From the NCBI RefSeq assembly GCF_963977235.1, contig NZ_CAXBOD010000008.1:37395-101394 (forward strand): a stretch of DNA of 64,000 nt, read 5' to 3'. The notes beneath the pieces are model-generated. The model saw only the letters and a list, made by a program, of their open reading frames with translations. It made no database searches and had not been told where the DNA came from. Each line of letters opens with the position of its first letter. Position 1 is the first letter of the stretch. The position numbers and the translations under genes are program-made. Shown piece after piece: positions 28,723-37,535 of this stretch. This DNA is from an uncultured Albimonas sp. Lineage in GTDB: Bacteria; Pseudomonadota; Alphaproteobacteria; Rhodobacterales; Rhodobacteraceae.

Positions 28723-29586
28723 ATGAGCAGCACCCGGACCGACGCCCCCGACCCCGACGCCGCCCGGGGGTCCCCTCGCACGGCGCGGGGGACGTCCCGC
28801 GCCTCCGGCGCGCCGGCCGGGACGCTCGCGCGCGGCATGGCGGTGCTCGACTTCCTGCTCGCAGCGACCCAGCCGATGACGCTCGCCGAGATCGCCGACG
28901 GCCTCGGCCTGGATCATTCAAGCGCCCTGCGGCTGCTGCGCGCGCTCGAGGAGCTTGGCCGCGTGATCCGCCTGCCGGACGGGCGCAAATACGCCTGCTC
29001 CCCTCAGGCGCTGCGTCCCTTGAGTCTTCTTCACCCGATCGAGCAGCTTCGCCGGGACGCGGCGCCGCTGATCTCCGCGCTCGCCGCGCAGATCCGGCAG
29101 AGCGTGGTCCTGGTGGTGTTCTTCGGGCAGGAGCGTTGCGTGGTGGACGTCGCGCTCTCGCCGGGATCGCTCAGCCCCTACTATTCGACCTGGCTGCACG
29201 GGCCGCTGCATGGCTCCGGCCCCGGCAAGTGCCTGCTGATGTCGCTCGACGAGCCGCGCCGCCGCGCGCTGCTGGGCCCCGAGCCCTACCGGGCGCACAC
29301 GCCGACGACCCTGACCAGCTGGGACGACGTCTCGGCCGACCTCGCCGCAGCGACCGAGCGTGGCTACGCGATCGTCCGCGACGAGTTCTACGACGGCCTG
29401 AGCGCGGTGGCGGCGCCGTTCTCGGGCTGGAGCGGCCGTCCCCTCGGCTGCATCGCAGCGACAGGTCACAGCCGCAATCTGACCGACGAGGCGATCGCCT
29501 CGACCGGCCCCGAAGTCGCCCGCGTCGCCCGCCTGATCCCTTTGCAGGCCGCCTCTCTCCGCCTCCTCGAACCTTTCGCGCCCTGA
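28723..29586 (+). CDS. IclR-family transcriptional regulator
   Basis: HTH LARGMAVLDFLLAATQPMTLAEIADGLGLDHSSALRLLRALEELG plus an IclR C-terminal effector domain. Confidence 0.85.
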   Translation: MSSTRTDAPDPDAARGSPRTARGTSRASGAPAGTLARGMAVLDFLLAATQPMTLAEIADGLGLDHSSALRLLRALEELGRVIRLPDGRKYACSPQALRPLSLLHPIEQLRRDAAPLISALAAQIRQSVVLVVFFGQERCVVDVALSPGSLSPYYSTWLHGPLHGSGPGKCLLMSLDEPRRRALLGPEPYRAHTPTTLTSWDDVSADLAAATERGYAIVRDEFYDGLSAVAAPFSGWSGRPLGCIAATGHSRNLTDEAIASTGPEVARVARLIPLQAASLRLLEPFAP

Positions 29587-30262
29587 CGTTTCGGTTGTCG
29601 CCCTCACGCGATGGCGACGCTCGGATCGATCGCTTGCGTCGTGTCGATGGCGCGGCGGACCTGGCGGCGCTGCAGGCTCCCGACGGTCGCCCTGGCCCCC
29701 CGCCTGCGTCGCGGGTCGACAAGGCCCTCTGCGTCGCGGGCACGCCGAAGCCGCCGCCGAACCGGCGCCCCGGAAGCCCCGCGCCGGATTGCCCGCGCGG
29801 CTCGGTCAGGCCGCTGCGGAGGCTCCCGCGGACAACGTCGGGCCTGCGTTCGGGCTGCAAGGGCCTCTCGCCAGCATGCGTGGCCATCGATCCCGAACAG
29901 CCAGATCGCTCGGCGGGGGGCGAGGCGGCGCTGGACCCGGAACTGGCTGCAAGACGCGACGCAGGCGCAGAGGCGGCTCGACGCCTGCCGCATGCTCGCG
30001 GCCGCCGGGCATCAGGCGCGACCTCCCTCGGCCCGAGCCGGGAGGCCGGGCCACGGCCGGCTCGCGAAAGGTCTGATCGTTGCGCTCGGGCGCGTCGCCG
30101 AGCAGCCGAACGGCGGGACGGCGACAGGCGAGTCACCTCCCCCGCAGGCGGAGATCGAGGTGGACGCGGGACCACGAACCCTCGGGCGTGGCGCGACCTC
30201 TCACCTGGCGGCAAGACCATCGCATTCCAGACGCTCCGCGGCCGAGATCAGCCCGGTCTTGA

Positions 30263-31182
30263 CGTGTCGCGGGGCCGGCTCGGCGTGCCACCTTCAGCCA
30301 CCGGGGCGCGGTCGCGCTGGCTGACGGGGAGATCCTCTGCGCGCCCGGCGACCAGTCCAGGGTTCACGGATTTCGGCCCCCGCAAAAGGAGACCGTCAGG
30401 CTGCTGGTCGAGCTCGAGTTGCGCGACGAGGACGGCGCCCTGCTCGACACGATGACCCGCGAGGTCGAGATCACGCTGGGCCTGAACCACCACCACGGCT
30501 CGACCTACGTCGAACTGACCGACGCCGGCGTGCAGAGCCGCGACGAGGCCTTCGCCACGACGAAGGGGGGGGCGGCACGCTGGTGGGGATCGACGACGAG
30601 GCGGAGAACGCTTTCGTCGCCGGGATCTTCGCGCCGACGCATGATCGGCCGATCTGGATCGGCGCCGACGACCTGGCCGAGGCGGGCGTGTTCGTGGACC
30701 TGACCGGCAACGTGCTGGCCGGCGGCGACACGAACTGGGCGCCGGGCGAGCCGAACGACTGGGGCGGGGACGAGCCCTATGTGACGACGGGGACCGACGG
30801 CCCCTGGAACGACGCCGCCCCGAACACGGGCTGAATCACCCGCACCGTGCTAGTGATTGACGTCGCGACCCAGGACCGCCCCGTGCCGGGCGGAAGCGCG
30901 GACGGGGACCAGGCCGGCACGCGGTTCGGCGACTGGATCTTCGGCACGCACGGCGTGAACGCGATCCTGGGCAAGGGCGGCGACGACGTGCTGCGCGGCG
31001 AGGGCGGCGACGATACCCTGCTGGGGCGGCCCCCGTTCGCCGAGGACCCGCATCCCGGACCCCTCGCCGCTCCCGCCGGGGGGGGCCCGCGCCGCCCTGC
31101 AAGCCTCGCGCTCCGGACAGGCGGCGCCCGGCCCTGCCTTGGCCCCCGAACACCATGCCGGCCGTTGGCGCGGCGCGCTTGA
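30263..31182 (+). pseudogene. broken gene for a secreted C-type-lectin-domain / RTX (GGxGxD) repeat protein
   Basis: Three pieces. Frame A (30263-30575) ends in ...GSTYVELTDAGVQSRDEAFATTKGG. Frame B (30577-30834) reads TLVGIDDEAENAFVAGIF...WIGADDLAEAGVFVDLTG...NWAPGEPNDWGGDEPYVTTGTDGPWNDAAPN and then TGA. The same frame continues at 30838 with ...GVNAILGKGGDDVLRGEGGDDTLLG (recognisable similarity ends near 31026). The A/B shift coincides with a G8 run at 30565-30572. Frame A has no start codon before 30419. Confidence 0.6.
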
Positions 31183-31302
31183 AGCCGGCGGCGTTCCCCC
31201 CTCGTCTCGCCTCAGGCCCGTCGTCGCCGGGAGACGATGTGCGGCTCCGATCCCGGGCTGACGGAAGCCGCTCTCGGCCGTCCCTAGCGTTAGCGGAGGG
31301 CG

Positions 31303-32205
31303 TCACGGCTCGAGCGTCTTCGCCGTGTCTGCGACGACGGACCGGAGCCAACGATGGGCGGCGTCCTGTCGATGCCGGACATGCCAGGCCATCTCGACCG
31401 GGAACCGCCCGAGATCGACCGGCGGCTCCACGATCCTGAGGCGCGGGTCGCGTTCGAGCGCGCGGCAGATCCGGCGCGGCAGCGTGGCGCAATGATCGGT
31501 GACGGCGATCATCTCGGGCACGGCGAGAAAATGCGTCACCGATATCGCCACCTCGCGCCGCAGCCCCTGCCGGTCCAGCGCCTGAAACAGGCCGGCGCGC
31601 AAGCGGCCGGGCGGCAGGACGTTGACGTGCTTCAGACGCTCGTAGGTCGCGCGGTCGAGCGCGTCGCCGACGTCGGGGTGGTCGGCGCGCACCACGCAGG
31701 CCAGACCCTCGTCCATCAGATGCTGCACGACGACGGTGTCGGGCGGATCGACCACCCGGCCCAGCGCCAGCGCGGTCGCCCCCGACATCACGCCCGCCTC
31801 GGTCAGGTCGTCGCCGAAGGGCGCCAGCCGCAGGCGCACCCCCGGCGCCTCGGTCCGCAATCGGGCGACGAGCCGCGGCATGAGGACGAACTCGACGTAG
31901 CTGTTGGCCGCGATGGCGAACAGGCGCTCCGTCTCCGCGGGACGGAAGTCCTGCTGCATCCGCACCAGGTCGTCGAACTGCTCCAGCGCCGCGGCGACGG
32001 TCGGGAAGATGCTCTGCGCGAATTCGGTCGGGGCGACGCCATAGCGCTCCCGCACGAACAGCGGATCGCGGAACGTCTCGCGCAGGCGGTTCAGCGTGTT
32101 CGACAGCGCAGGCTGGGTGACGCCAAGCCGCTCGGCCGCGCGCGTCACGCTGCGCTCCTCCATCAGCGCCATGAAGGCCGGGAACAGGTTCAGATCGTAT
32201 TTCAC
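31303..32205 (-). CDS. LysR-family transcriptional regulator
   Basis: N-terminal HTH DLNLFPAFMALMEERSVTRAAERLGVTQPALSNTLNRLRE plus a LysR substrate-binding domain. GTG start. Confidence 0.9.
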   Translation of the reverse strand: MKYDLNLFPAFMALMEERSVTRAAERLGVTQPALSNTLNRLRETFRDPLFVRERYGVAPTEFAQSIFPTVAAALEQFDDLVRMQQDFRPAETERLFAIAANSYVEFVLMPRLVARLRTEAPGVRLRLAPFGDDLTEAGVMSGATALALGRVVDPPDTVVVQHLMDEGLACVVRADHPDVGDALDRATYERLKHVNVLPPGRLRAGLFQALDRQGLRREVAISVTHFLAVPEMIAVTDHCATLPRRICRALERDPRLRIVEPPVDLGRFPVEMAWHVRHRQDAAHRWLRSVVADTAKTLEP

Positions 32206-32233
32206 AAGATATCATCGCGCCTGATGATCTTTG

Positions 32234-32255
32234 TTCAAGAAATAAATTTCTTGAA
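32234..32255. promoter_or_regulatory. LysR-box-like perfect palindrome TTCAAGAAAT-AA-ATTTCTTGAA
   Basis: 10-bp perfect arms in the AT-rich divergent region between the LysR gene (start 32205) and the DJ-1 gene (start 32371). A second inverted repeat, ATCATC-N6-GATGAT, lies at 32211-32228. Confidence 0.5.
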
Positions 32256-32370
32256 TGAACCAGGCGCTCCCATATCCCCGCCAGCGGCACGGCGAACCCG
32301 ACGCCTGGCGTCTAGCGAAGCCGCTCCGAACCGGCGCCCGACGGCGCTGCAATGTCAAAGGAGACGACCC

Positions 32371-33057
32371 GTGAAAGTGCTCATCGTCCTCACCTCGCAC
32401 GACCGCCTCGGCGACACCGGCCGCAAGACCGGCTTCTGGCTCGAGGAGTTCGCCGCGCCCTACTACGTCTTCAAGGACGCCGGCGCCGAGATCACGCTGG
32501 CCTCGCCCAGGGGCGGCCGGCCGCCGCTCGATCCCAAGAGCGACGAGCCCGGCTTCCAGACCGACGCCACGCGCCGCTTCCTCGCCGACGAGGCGGCGAA
32601 CGCGCAGCTTGCGGCCACCGTCCGGCTCGACAGCCTCGACGCGGGCGACTTCGACACAGTCTTCTATCCCGGCGGGCACGGCCCGATGTGGGATCTGGCC
32701 GAAGACCCGACGTCGGTCGCGCTGATCGAGGCCTTCTGGGCGGCCGGCAAGACCATCGGGCTCGTCTGCCACGCGCCCGGCGTCCTGCACCGGGTCAGGA
32801 ACCCCGACGGGACGCCCTTCGTCCAGGGACGGCGGGTGACGGGCTTCACCAACAGCGAGGAGGCGGGCGTCGGGCTGACCGACGTCGTGCCCTTCCTTGT
32901 CGAGGACGAGCTGGTCGACCAGGGCGCGATCTTCTCGAAGGTCGCGGACTGGGGCGTCCACGTCGTCGCCGACGGGCGGCTGGTCACCGGCCAGAACCCG
33001 GCGTCCTCGACCGAGGCGGCGCGCACCCTGCTCGCCGCCGCGGCCCCGGCCGCCTGA
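32371..33057 (+). CDS. DJ-1/PfpI family protein (type 1 glutamine amidotransferase-like; putative glyoxalase III/chaperone)
   Basis: VKVLIVLTSHDRLGDTGRKTGFWLEEFAAPY, YPGGHGPMWD and the nucleophile elbow IGLVCHAPGVL. GTG start after AAAGGAGA. Confidence 0.88.
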   Translation: MKVLIVLTSHDRLGDTGRKTGFWLEEFAAPYYVFKDAGAEITLASPRGGRPPLDPKSDEPGFQTDATRRFLADEAANAQLAATVRLDSLDAGDFDTVFYPGGHGPMWDLAEDPTSVALIEAFWAAGKTIGLVCHAPGVLHRVRNPDGTPFVQGRRVTGFTNSEEAGVGLTDVVPFLVEDELVDQGAIFSKVADWGVHVVADGRLVTGQNPASSTEAARTLLAAAAPAA

Positions 33058-33642
33058 GGCCGCCTCCCCTTCGTCGTCGCCGGTCTCCGGCGGCGGCGCG
33101 CCCCTGATCGAGGCCACCGATCCCCCCCTGACCCGACGCTTTCGCACGCGCGGGCGCGCGCCATGACGGCGCGTCCCGGGCCCGCTCCCGCGGTGTCGCC
33201 GCCGCTGGCTGAGTCCGGGGAACGCGAGGACCGGCGATGCGGCCGGCGCTGTGCGAAGACAGGACCGACCGCGATCTTCGCGCCTGCCGGCGCTGGCGCG
33301 AGCGGCGGTTCTCCGTGGCGGAGGCATGAAACCTGACCGGGCCGCGCCGGGGCGGGGTCGCGATGCGAAACCTCCGTCTGGCCGTCCGCCGCGTGTTCGG
33401 CGGCCGCCCGAACGACCGCGCCGACGTCCCGCCCCCCTGCCCGCAAGGAGGCGCTGGGTTCGCCCCCCCGGCTCCGTCGTTTCCTCTTGCCCCATGCCCC
33501 CGCCTCGCCCCCCTTCGACATCGGGCGTCGGCTGATCTCCCGCCGGACGGGCAAGCGCCTCCCGCCCGACGCCCTCGCGGTCGGGCGAGAGATCCTCGCC
33601 CCCTGTAGTCCCGCCCCCTGCGGCTCGCCGGCCGCGCCAGTT

Positions 33643-34764
33643 CTATGCGACCAGGCCCCGGGCTTCGGCCGCCGCCGCGGCGACGGCGCGGGGGTGTTCG
33701 GGCAGGCGGCGGCCGTCGTCCAGGGCGAAGGCGTGCAGACGCGCCGCGTCGGGAACCAGGACCACGAGGTCGTCCTCGCGCCAGGGGGCGTCGCGGCCCA
33801 GGACGGCGCTGGCGTGGCCGCCGTCGACGTTGCAATAGGCGATGCGGGCGCCGCCGAGGTCCTCGACCATGTCCACGCGGGCGGGGAGACCGGGGGTTCC
33901 GGGCGCCGCCAGACGCATGTCCTCAGGCCGCACGCCCAGGGTCAGCGCGGCGCCGGGGCGCAGCGCGACCGGAGAGGGCAGAGCGAAGTCGGGCGCGGCG
34001 TCGGGCGCGAGCCGGCCCGCCTCGTCGATCGTCGCCCCCAGCAGGTTCATCGCCGGCGCGCCGAGGAAGCCCGCGACGAAGGTCGAGGCGGGGCGGGCGT
34101 AGACCTCCGACGGCGCGCCCTGCTGCTCGATCCGGCCGCCGTTCATCACCACCAGCCGGTCGGCCATCGTCATCGCCTCGACCTGATCGTGGGTCACCAG
34201 GATCGAGGTCGCGCCCAGCCGCCGGTGCAGGCGGCGCAGCTCGATGCGCATCTGCACCCGCAGGGTGGCGTCGAGGTTCGAGAGCGGCTCGTCGAACAGG
34301 AACAGCTTGGGCTCGCGCACGATCGCGCGGCCCATGGCGACGCGCTGGCGCTGTCCGCCCGACAGCGCCTTGGGACGACGGTCGAGATAGGGCTCGAGGC
34401 CCAGCACCGCGGCCGCGGCGCGCACGCGCTCGGCCCGCTCGGGCTTCTTCACGCCCGCGAGGCGCAGCGGGTAGCCGATGTTCTCGGCCACCGTCATGTG
34501 CGGGTAGAGCGCATAGTTCTGGAACACCATCGCGCAGCCGCGCTGCACGGGGTCGAGGTCGTTGACCACCTCGCCGGCCACCGCGATCTCGCCGCCGGAG
34601 ATGTCCTCGAGCCCCGCGATCATCCGCAGAAGCGTGGACTTCCCGCAGCCCGAGGGGCCGACGACCACCACGAACTCGCCCTCCTCGATGACGAGGTTCA
34701 GCCCGTGCAGGGCCGCGGTCTCGCCGTAGCTCTTGCGCAGGTCGGAAAAGACGACATGGGACAT
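33643..34764 (-). CDS. ABC transporter ATP-binding protein, sugar/glycerol-phosphate type (MalK/UgpC-like)
   Basis: GPSGCGKSTLLRMIAGLE, LSGGQRQRVAMGRA and LFLFDEPLSNLD, plus a C-terminal MalK-type regulatory domain. The ATG at 34764 overlaps the upstream stop by 1 nt (a GTG at 34767 is also possible). Confidence 0.9.
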   Translation of the reverse strand: MSHVVFSDLRKSYGETAALHGLNLVIEEGEFVVVVGPSGCGKSTLLRMIAGLEDISGGEIAVAGEVVNDLDPVQRGCAMVFQNYALYPHMTVAENIGYPLRLAGVKKPERAERVRAAAAVLGLEPYLDRRPKALSGGQRQRVAMGRAIVREPKLFLFDEPLSNLDATLRVQMRIELRRLHRRLGATSILVTHDQVEAMTMADRLVVMNGGRIEQQGAPSEVYARPASTFVAGFLGAPAMNLLGATIDEAGRLAPDAAPDFALPSPVALRPGAALTLGVRPEDMRLAAPGTPGLPARVDMVEDLGGARIAYCNVDGGHASAVLGRDAPWREDDLVVLVPDAARLHAFALDDGRRLPEHPRAVAAAAAEARGLVA

Positions 34765-35528
34765 CACGCGGTCTCCTCGACGCGACGGGCGCGCAAGCGG
34801 GTGCGCAGGGCGGCGAGGTCCTCCTCGGCCATCCCGTGCCGGCGCAGGTAGGTCTCGGCCCCGCCGTGGCGGTCCTCGAGATGGCGCAGCAGCGCGCGCA
34901 TGGTCCGGGGATCGGAGGCGAGCAGGGCCGGGTTCAGGTCCTGCCCGTGGGCCTCGGCGTCGGCGCGCAGGGCGGCGAGCAGGCCGGGCAGGCGCGCGCC
35001 GGTGGCGGCGTAGTCGGCGACCACGGTCTCGGGCTCGGCGCCGGCCAGCAGCAGCAGGAAGGCCGCGATCAGGCCGGTGCGGTCCTTGCCGGCCGCGCAG
35101 TGGAACAGCACCGCCCCCTCCGGGCTCCGCGAGATCAGGCTCAGCGTCTCGACGAAGGCCGCCCCGCGCCGGTCCAGCGCCAGCCGGTAGAGGGCGAGCA
35201 GCAGGTCGGGCGCCCCGGCCCCGTCGGCGCCCAGGGCCTCTCCGGTCGGGTCCAGATCCTCGAACAGCGAGAGGTGGCGGTAGTCCACGCCGGGCACGCC
35301 CTGCGCGAAGGGATTGGGCGCGCGCGCAAGCTCGTCGGCCCGGCGCAGGTCGATCACCAGCGCCACGCCGAGGTCGCGCAGGGCCTCCACCCCTTCCCGG
35401 TCCAGCCGGTGCAGGCTGTCGGCGCGCAGGGCGCGGCGGAAGGCGGTCTCGCCCTCCCTGGCGGGCCAGCCGCCCAGGTCGCGGATATTGTGGCTGCCGG
35501 CAAGGGGGATCAGGCGCGGGTCGGACAT
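34764..35528 (-). CDS. protein-tyrosine-phosphatase-like phosphatase (CX5R; Y_phosphatase3-like)
   Basis: 254 aa with NIRDLGG near the N-terminus and the active-site loop HCAAGKDRTG. The start shares 1 nt with the permease stop, and the stop shares 1 nt with the ATPase start. Confidence 0.8.
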   Translation of the reverse strand: MSDPRLIPLAGSHNIRDLGGWPAREGETAFRRALRADSLHRLDREGVEALRDLGVALVIDLRRADELARAPNPFAQGVPGVDYRHLSLFEDLDPTGEALGADGAGAPDLLLALYRLALDRRGAAFVETLSLISRSPEGAVLFHCAAGKDRTGLIAAFLLLLAGAEPETVVADYAATGARLPGLLAALRADAEAHGQDLNPALLASDPRTMRALLRHLEDRHGGAETYLRRHGMAEEDLAALRTRLRARRVEETA

Positions 35529-36409
35529 CAGCGAAGCCCCGATTTCATGAAGGAGGAGATCACCTGCCGCTGCAGGACGAGGTAGATGAGGAGGATGGGA
35601 AGGCTCGCCATCGTCGAGGCGGCCATCAGCGGCCCCCACTGCGTGCCCTCGGCGGTGATGAACATCTGCAGGCCGATCTGGACCACCGAGTTCTCGGGGG
35701 TGCGGGTCAGCAGCAGCGGCCAGAAGTATTCGTTCCAGGTCGAGATGAAGATCAGGATCGACAGCGCGGCGAGCGTGCCGCGCAGGTTGGGCAGCACCAC
35801 CTGCCACAGGATGTGGGCGTGGCCGGCGCCGTCCATGCGGGCGGCCTCGATCACCTCCCTGGGGAAGGAGCGCATCGCCTGGGCCAGCAGCAGGATCGCG
35901 AAGGCCGAGGCGACATGAGGCAGGATCAGCGAGCCGAGCGTGTCGATCATGCCCAGCTGCGCGACCAGCAGGTAGTTGGGGATCATCACCACCTGCAGCG
36001 GCACCAGCCAGGTCAGCGCCACCGCCGCCATCAGCAGGCCCGAGCCCGGGAACTTCCAGCGCGCGAAGGCGTAGCCCGCCAGGATCCCGGTCGCGAGTTG
36101 GATCGCGGTGACCGCCGCCGAGACGGCGAAGGTGTTCAGCAGCATGCGCCCCATCGGGATGGCGCGGATCGCGTAGGCGTAATTCTCGATCGAGGCGGCG
36201 TCGGGCCACAGCGCCGTGGAATAGATGTCGCCCGGCGGCCGCAGCGAGGTGACCAGCATCCAGTAGACCGGAAACACGCAGACCAGCGACAGCGCGATCA
36301 TCAGCGCGTGGCCGATCCGGACCTCCCACCCCTGGGCGACCCGCGCGGAGGCGCGGGGCCGCAGGCGCGCGGGCCTGGAGGCGGAGGGGGCGAGGACGTC
36401 AGTCGTCAT
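35528..36409 (-). CDS. ABC transporter permease, carbohydrate type (MalG/UgpE-like)
   Basis: 293 aa with six hydrophobic segments and EAA loop EAARMDGAGHAHILWQVVLPNLRG. Confidence 0.9.
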   Translation of the reverse strand: MTTDVLAPSASRPARLRPRASARVAQGWEVRIGHALMIALSLVCVFPVYWMLVTSLRPPGDIYSTALWPDAASIENYAYAIRAIPMGRMLLNTFAVSAAVTAIQLATGILAGYAFARWKFPGSGLLMAAVALTWLVPLQVVMIPNYLLVAQLGMIDTLGSLILPHVASAFAILLLAQAMRSFPREVIEAARMDGAGHAHILWQVVLPNLRGTLAALSILIFISTWNEYFWPLLLTRTPENSVVQIGLQMFITAEGTQWGPLMAASTMASLPILLIYLVLQRQVISSFMKSGLR

Positions 36410-37373
36410 GGAAGGTGACCCTCTCCTTGAGGCGGAAGATCGCGGCGGCGAGCAGCCCGAAGCCGATGAACAGGATCACCGCCGAGGCCGAGGACCAGCC
36501 CACCGACAGGGTCGCGAAGCCGAACTGCCACAGCAGGTAGTAGATGTTGGTGGTGGCCCCCAGCGGCCCGCCCTCGGTCAGCACATGGATGTAGGCGAAG
36601 CTCCACTGCGCCCCGAGCAGGATCACCATCATCGCCAGCAGCAGGATCGTGGGCGAGAGCAGCGGCAGGCGCACGTCGCGCACGATCCGCCAGCGGGTGG
36701 CGCCGTCGAGCCGCGCCGCCTCGATCAGCGAGGGGTCGATCGAGGCGTTGGCCGCCGACAGGATCAGCGTGGCGAAGCCGATCAGCTTCCAGCCGGTGAT
36801 GAAGGTGATGGTCCACAGCGCCCAGTCGGGGTCCGAGAGGAAGCTCACCGGCTCTAGGCCGAGCCCCGTCAGCCAGCTGTTGACCACGCCGTAGCGCGGG
36901 TCGAGCAGCCAGCGCCAGACGGCGGCGGCGACCACGGGCGGCACGATCAGCGGCACGAAGATCAGCGCGCGGTAGAGGTTGCGCGAGCGGGCGGGCAGGT
37001 CCTGGGTGAAGATCGCGATCGCCAGCGGCAGCGCCACGGTCATCGGCAGCAGCCCCACCAGGTAAAGCCAGGTGTTGTTCAGCGCCTGCCAGAACTGCGG
37101 CAGGTCGAGGATGTTGCGATAGTTGTCCCAGCCCACCCAGACCTTCGGCGAGAACGGCAGCAGGTTCCACTGCTGGAAACTCAGCCAGAAGGCCTGCGCC
37201 AGCGGTTCGTAGATCCACACCACGAAGCAGAGCAGCGCCGGCGCAAGGTACAGATAGGGCCGGAGCCCGCGGCTGATCCGCTGGGATCGGGTCGGGCCTC
37301 GGCGGCGCGCCGACGAGCCCGCGGGGGGGCGCGGTCGGGTCAGGCCGGGGGCCGGGGGGGCGGCGTCGGTCAA
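36399..37373 (-). CDS. ABC transporter permease, carbohydrate type (MalF/UgpA-like)
   Basis: EAA loop EAARLDGATRWRIVRDVRLPLLSP. The longest ORF starts at TTG 37373 with a Pro/Arg-rich leader, so the true start may be downstream. Confidence 0.85.
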   Translation of the reverse strand: MTDAAPPAPGLTRPRPPAGSSARRRGPTRSQRISRGLRPYLYLAPALLCFVVWIYEPLAQAFWLSFQQWNLLPFSPKVWVGWDNYRNILDLPQFWQALNNTWLYLVGLLPMTVALPLAIAIFTQDLPARSRNLYRALIFVPLIVPPVVAAAVWRWLLDPRYGVVNSWLTGLGLEPVSFLSDPDWALWTITFITGWKLIGFATLILSAANASIDPSLIEAARLDGATRWRIVRDVRLPLLSPTILLLAMMVILLGAQWSFAYIHVLTEGGPLGATTNIYYLLWQFGFATLSVGWSSASAVILFIGFGLLAAAIFRLKERVTFHDD

Positions 37374-37437
37374 GGTCGGCGCTCCGTTCGGGGGCTGGCG
37401 GGGGGGGGCGGGGGGGGCGGAGAGGGGCCGGGCGGGC

Positions 37438-37467
37438 GGCGGAGGCCGGATCGCTCCGGCCTCCGCC
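37438..37467 (-). promoter_or_regulatory. 13-bp perfect-stem hairpin in the SBP-permease intercistronic spacer
   Basis: GGCGGAGGCCGGA-tcgc-TCCGGCCTCCGCC. Typical position for an mRNA-stabilising or attenuating stem-loop after an SBP gene. Confidence 0.5.
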
Positions 37468-37480
37468 CGTCTGCACGCGG

Positions 37481-37535
37481 GATCGGGCGCCCGATCAGGG
37501 CCCGATCAGGCGGGATCGGGGCCGGATCAGGGGAC
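37481..37535. repeat. five tandem ~11-bp GATC-centred units
   Basis: GATCGGGCGCCC / GATCAGGGCCC / GATCAGGCGG / GATCGGGGCCG / GATCAGGGGAC. GATC starts at 37481, 37493, 37504, 37514 and 37525. The units pair with each other into alternative hairpins. The last unit overlaps the SBP stop codon. Confidence 0.7.

Noticed and set aside
26233-28917. 894-aa minus-strand ORF. Similar cases are 52450-55230 (-), 46242-48989 (+), 22907-24622 (-) and 3845-5683 (+).
   Set aside because: All are antisense shadows of well-supported genes (TRAP permease/SBP, peptide SBP, antiporter, ThDP enzyme, ligase). They have Arg/Gly/Pro-dominated composition and no motifs.
30832-30834. In-frame TGA between the lectin and RTX parts as selenocysteine or programmed readthrough
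   Set aside because: I could identify no SECIS-like hairpin immediately downstream. The gene also has a frameshift and lacks a start, so simple decay is the economical reading.
33058-33642. Possible gene or pseudogene in the 585-nt gap between the DJ-1 gene and the ABC ATPase
   Set aside because: None of the six frames gives a protein-like sequence or recognisable motif. It is left unannotated and only noted as a long spacer.
37481-37535. Tandem GATC units as a miniature CRISPR array
   Set aside because: The units are 10-12 bp with no spacers, there are no cas genes, and the array overlaps a stop codon. It is a short tandem or hairpin repeat, not CRISPR.
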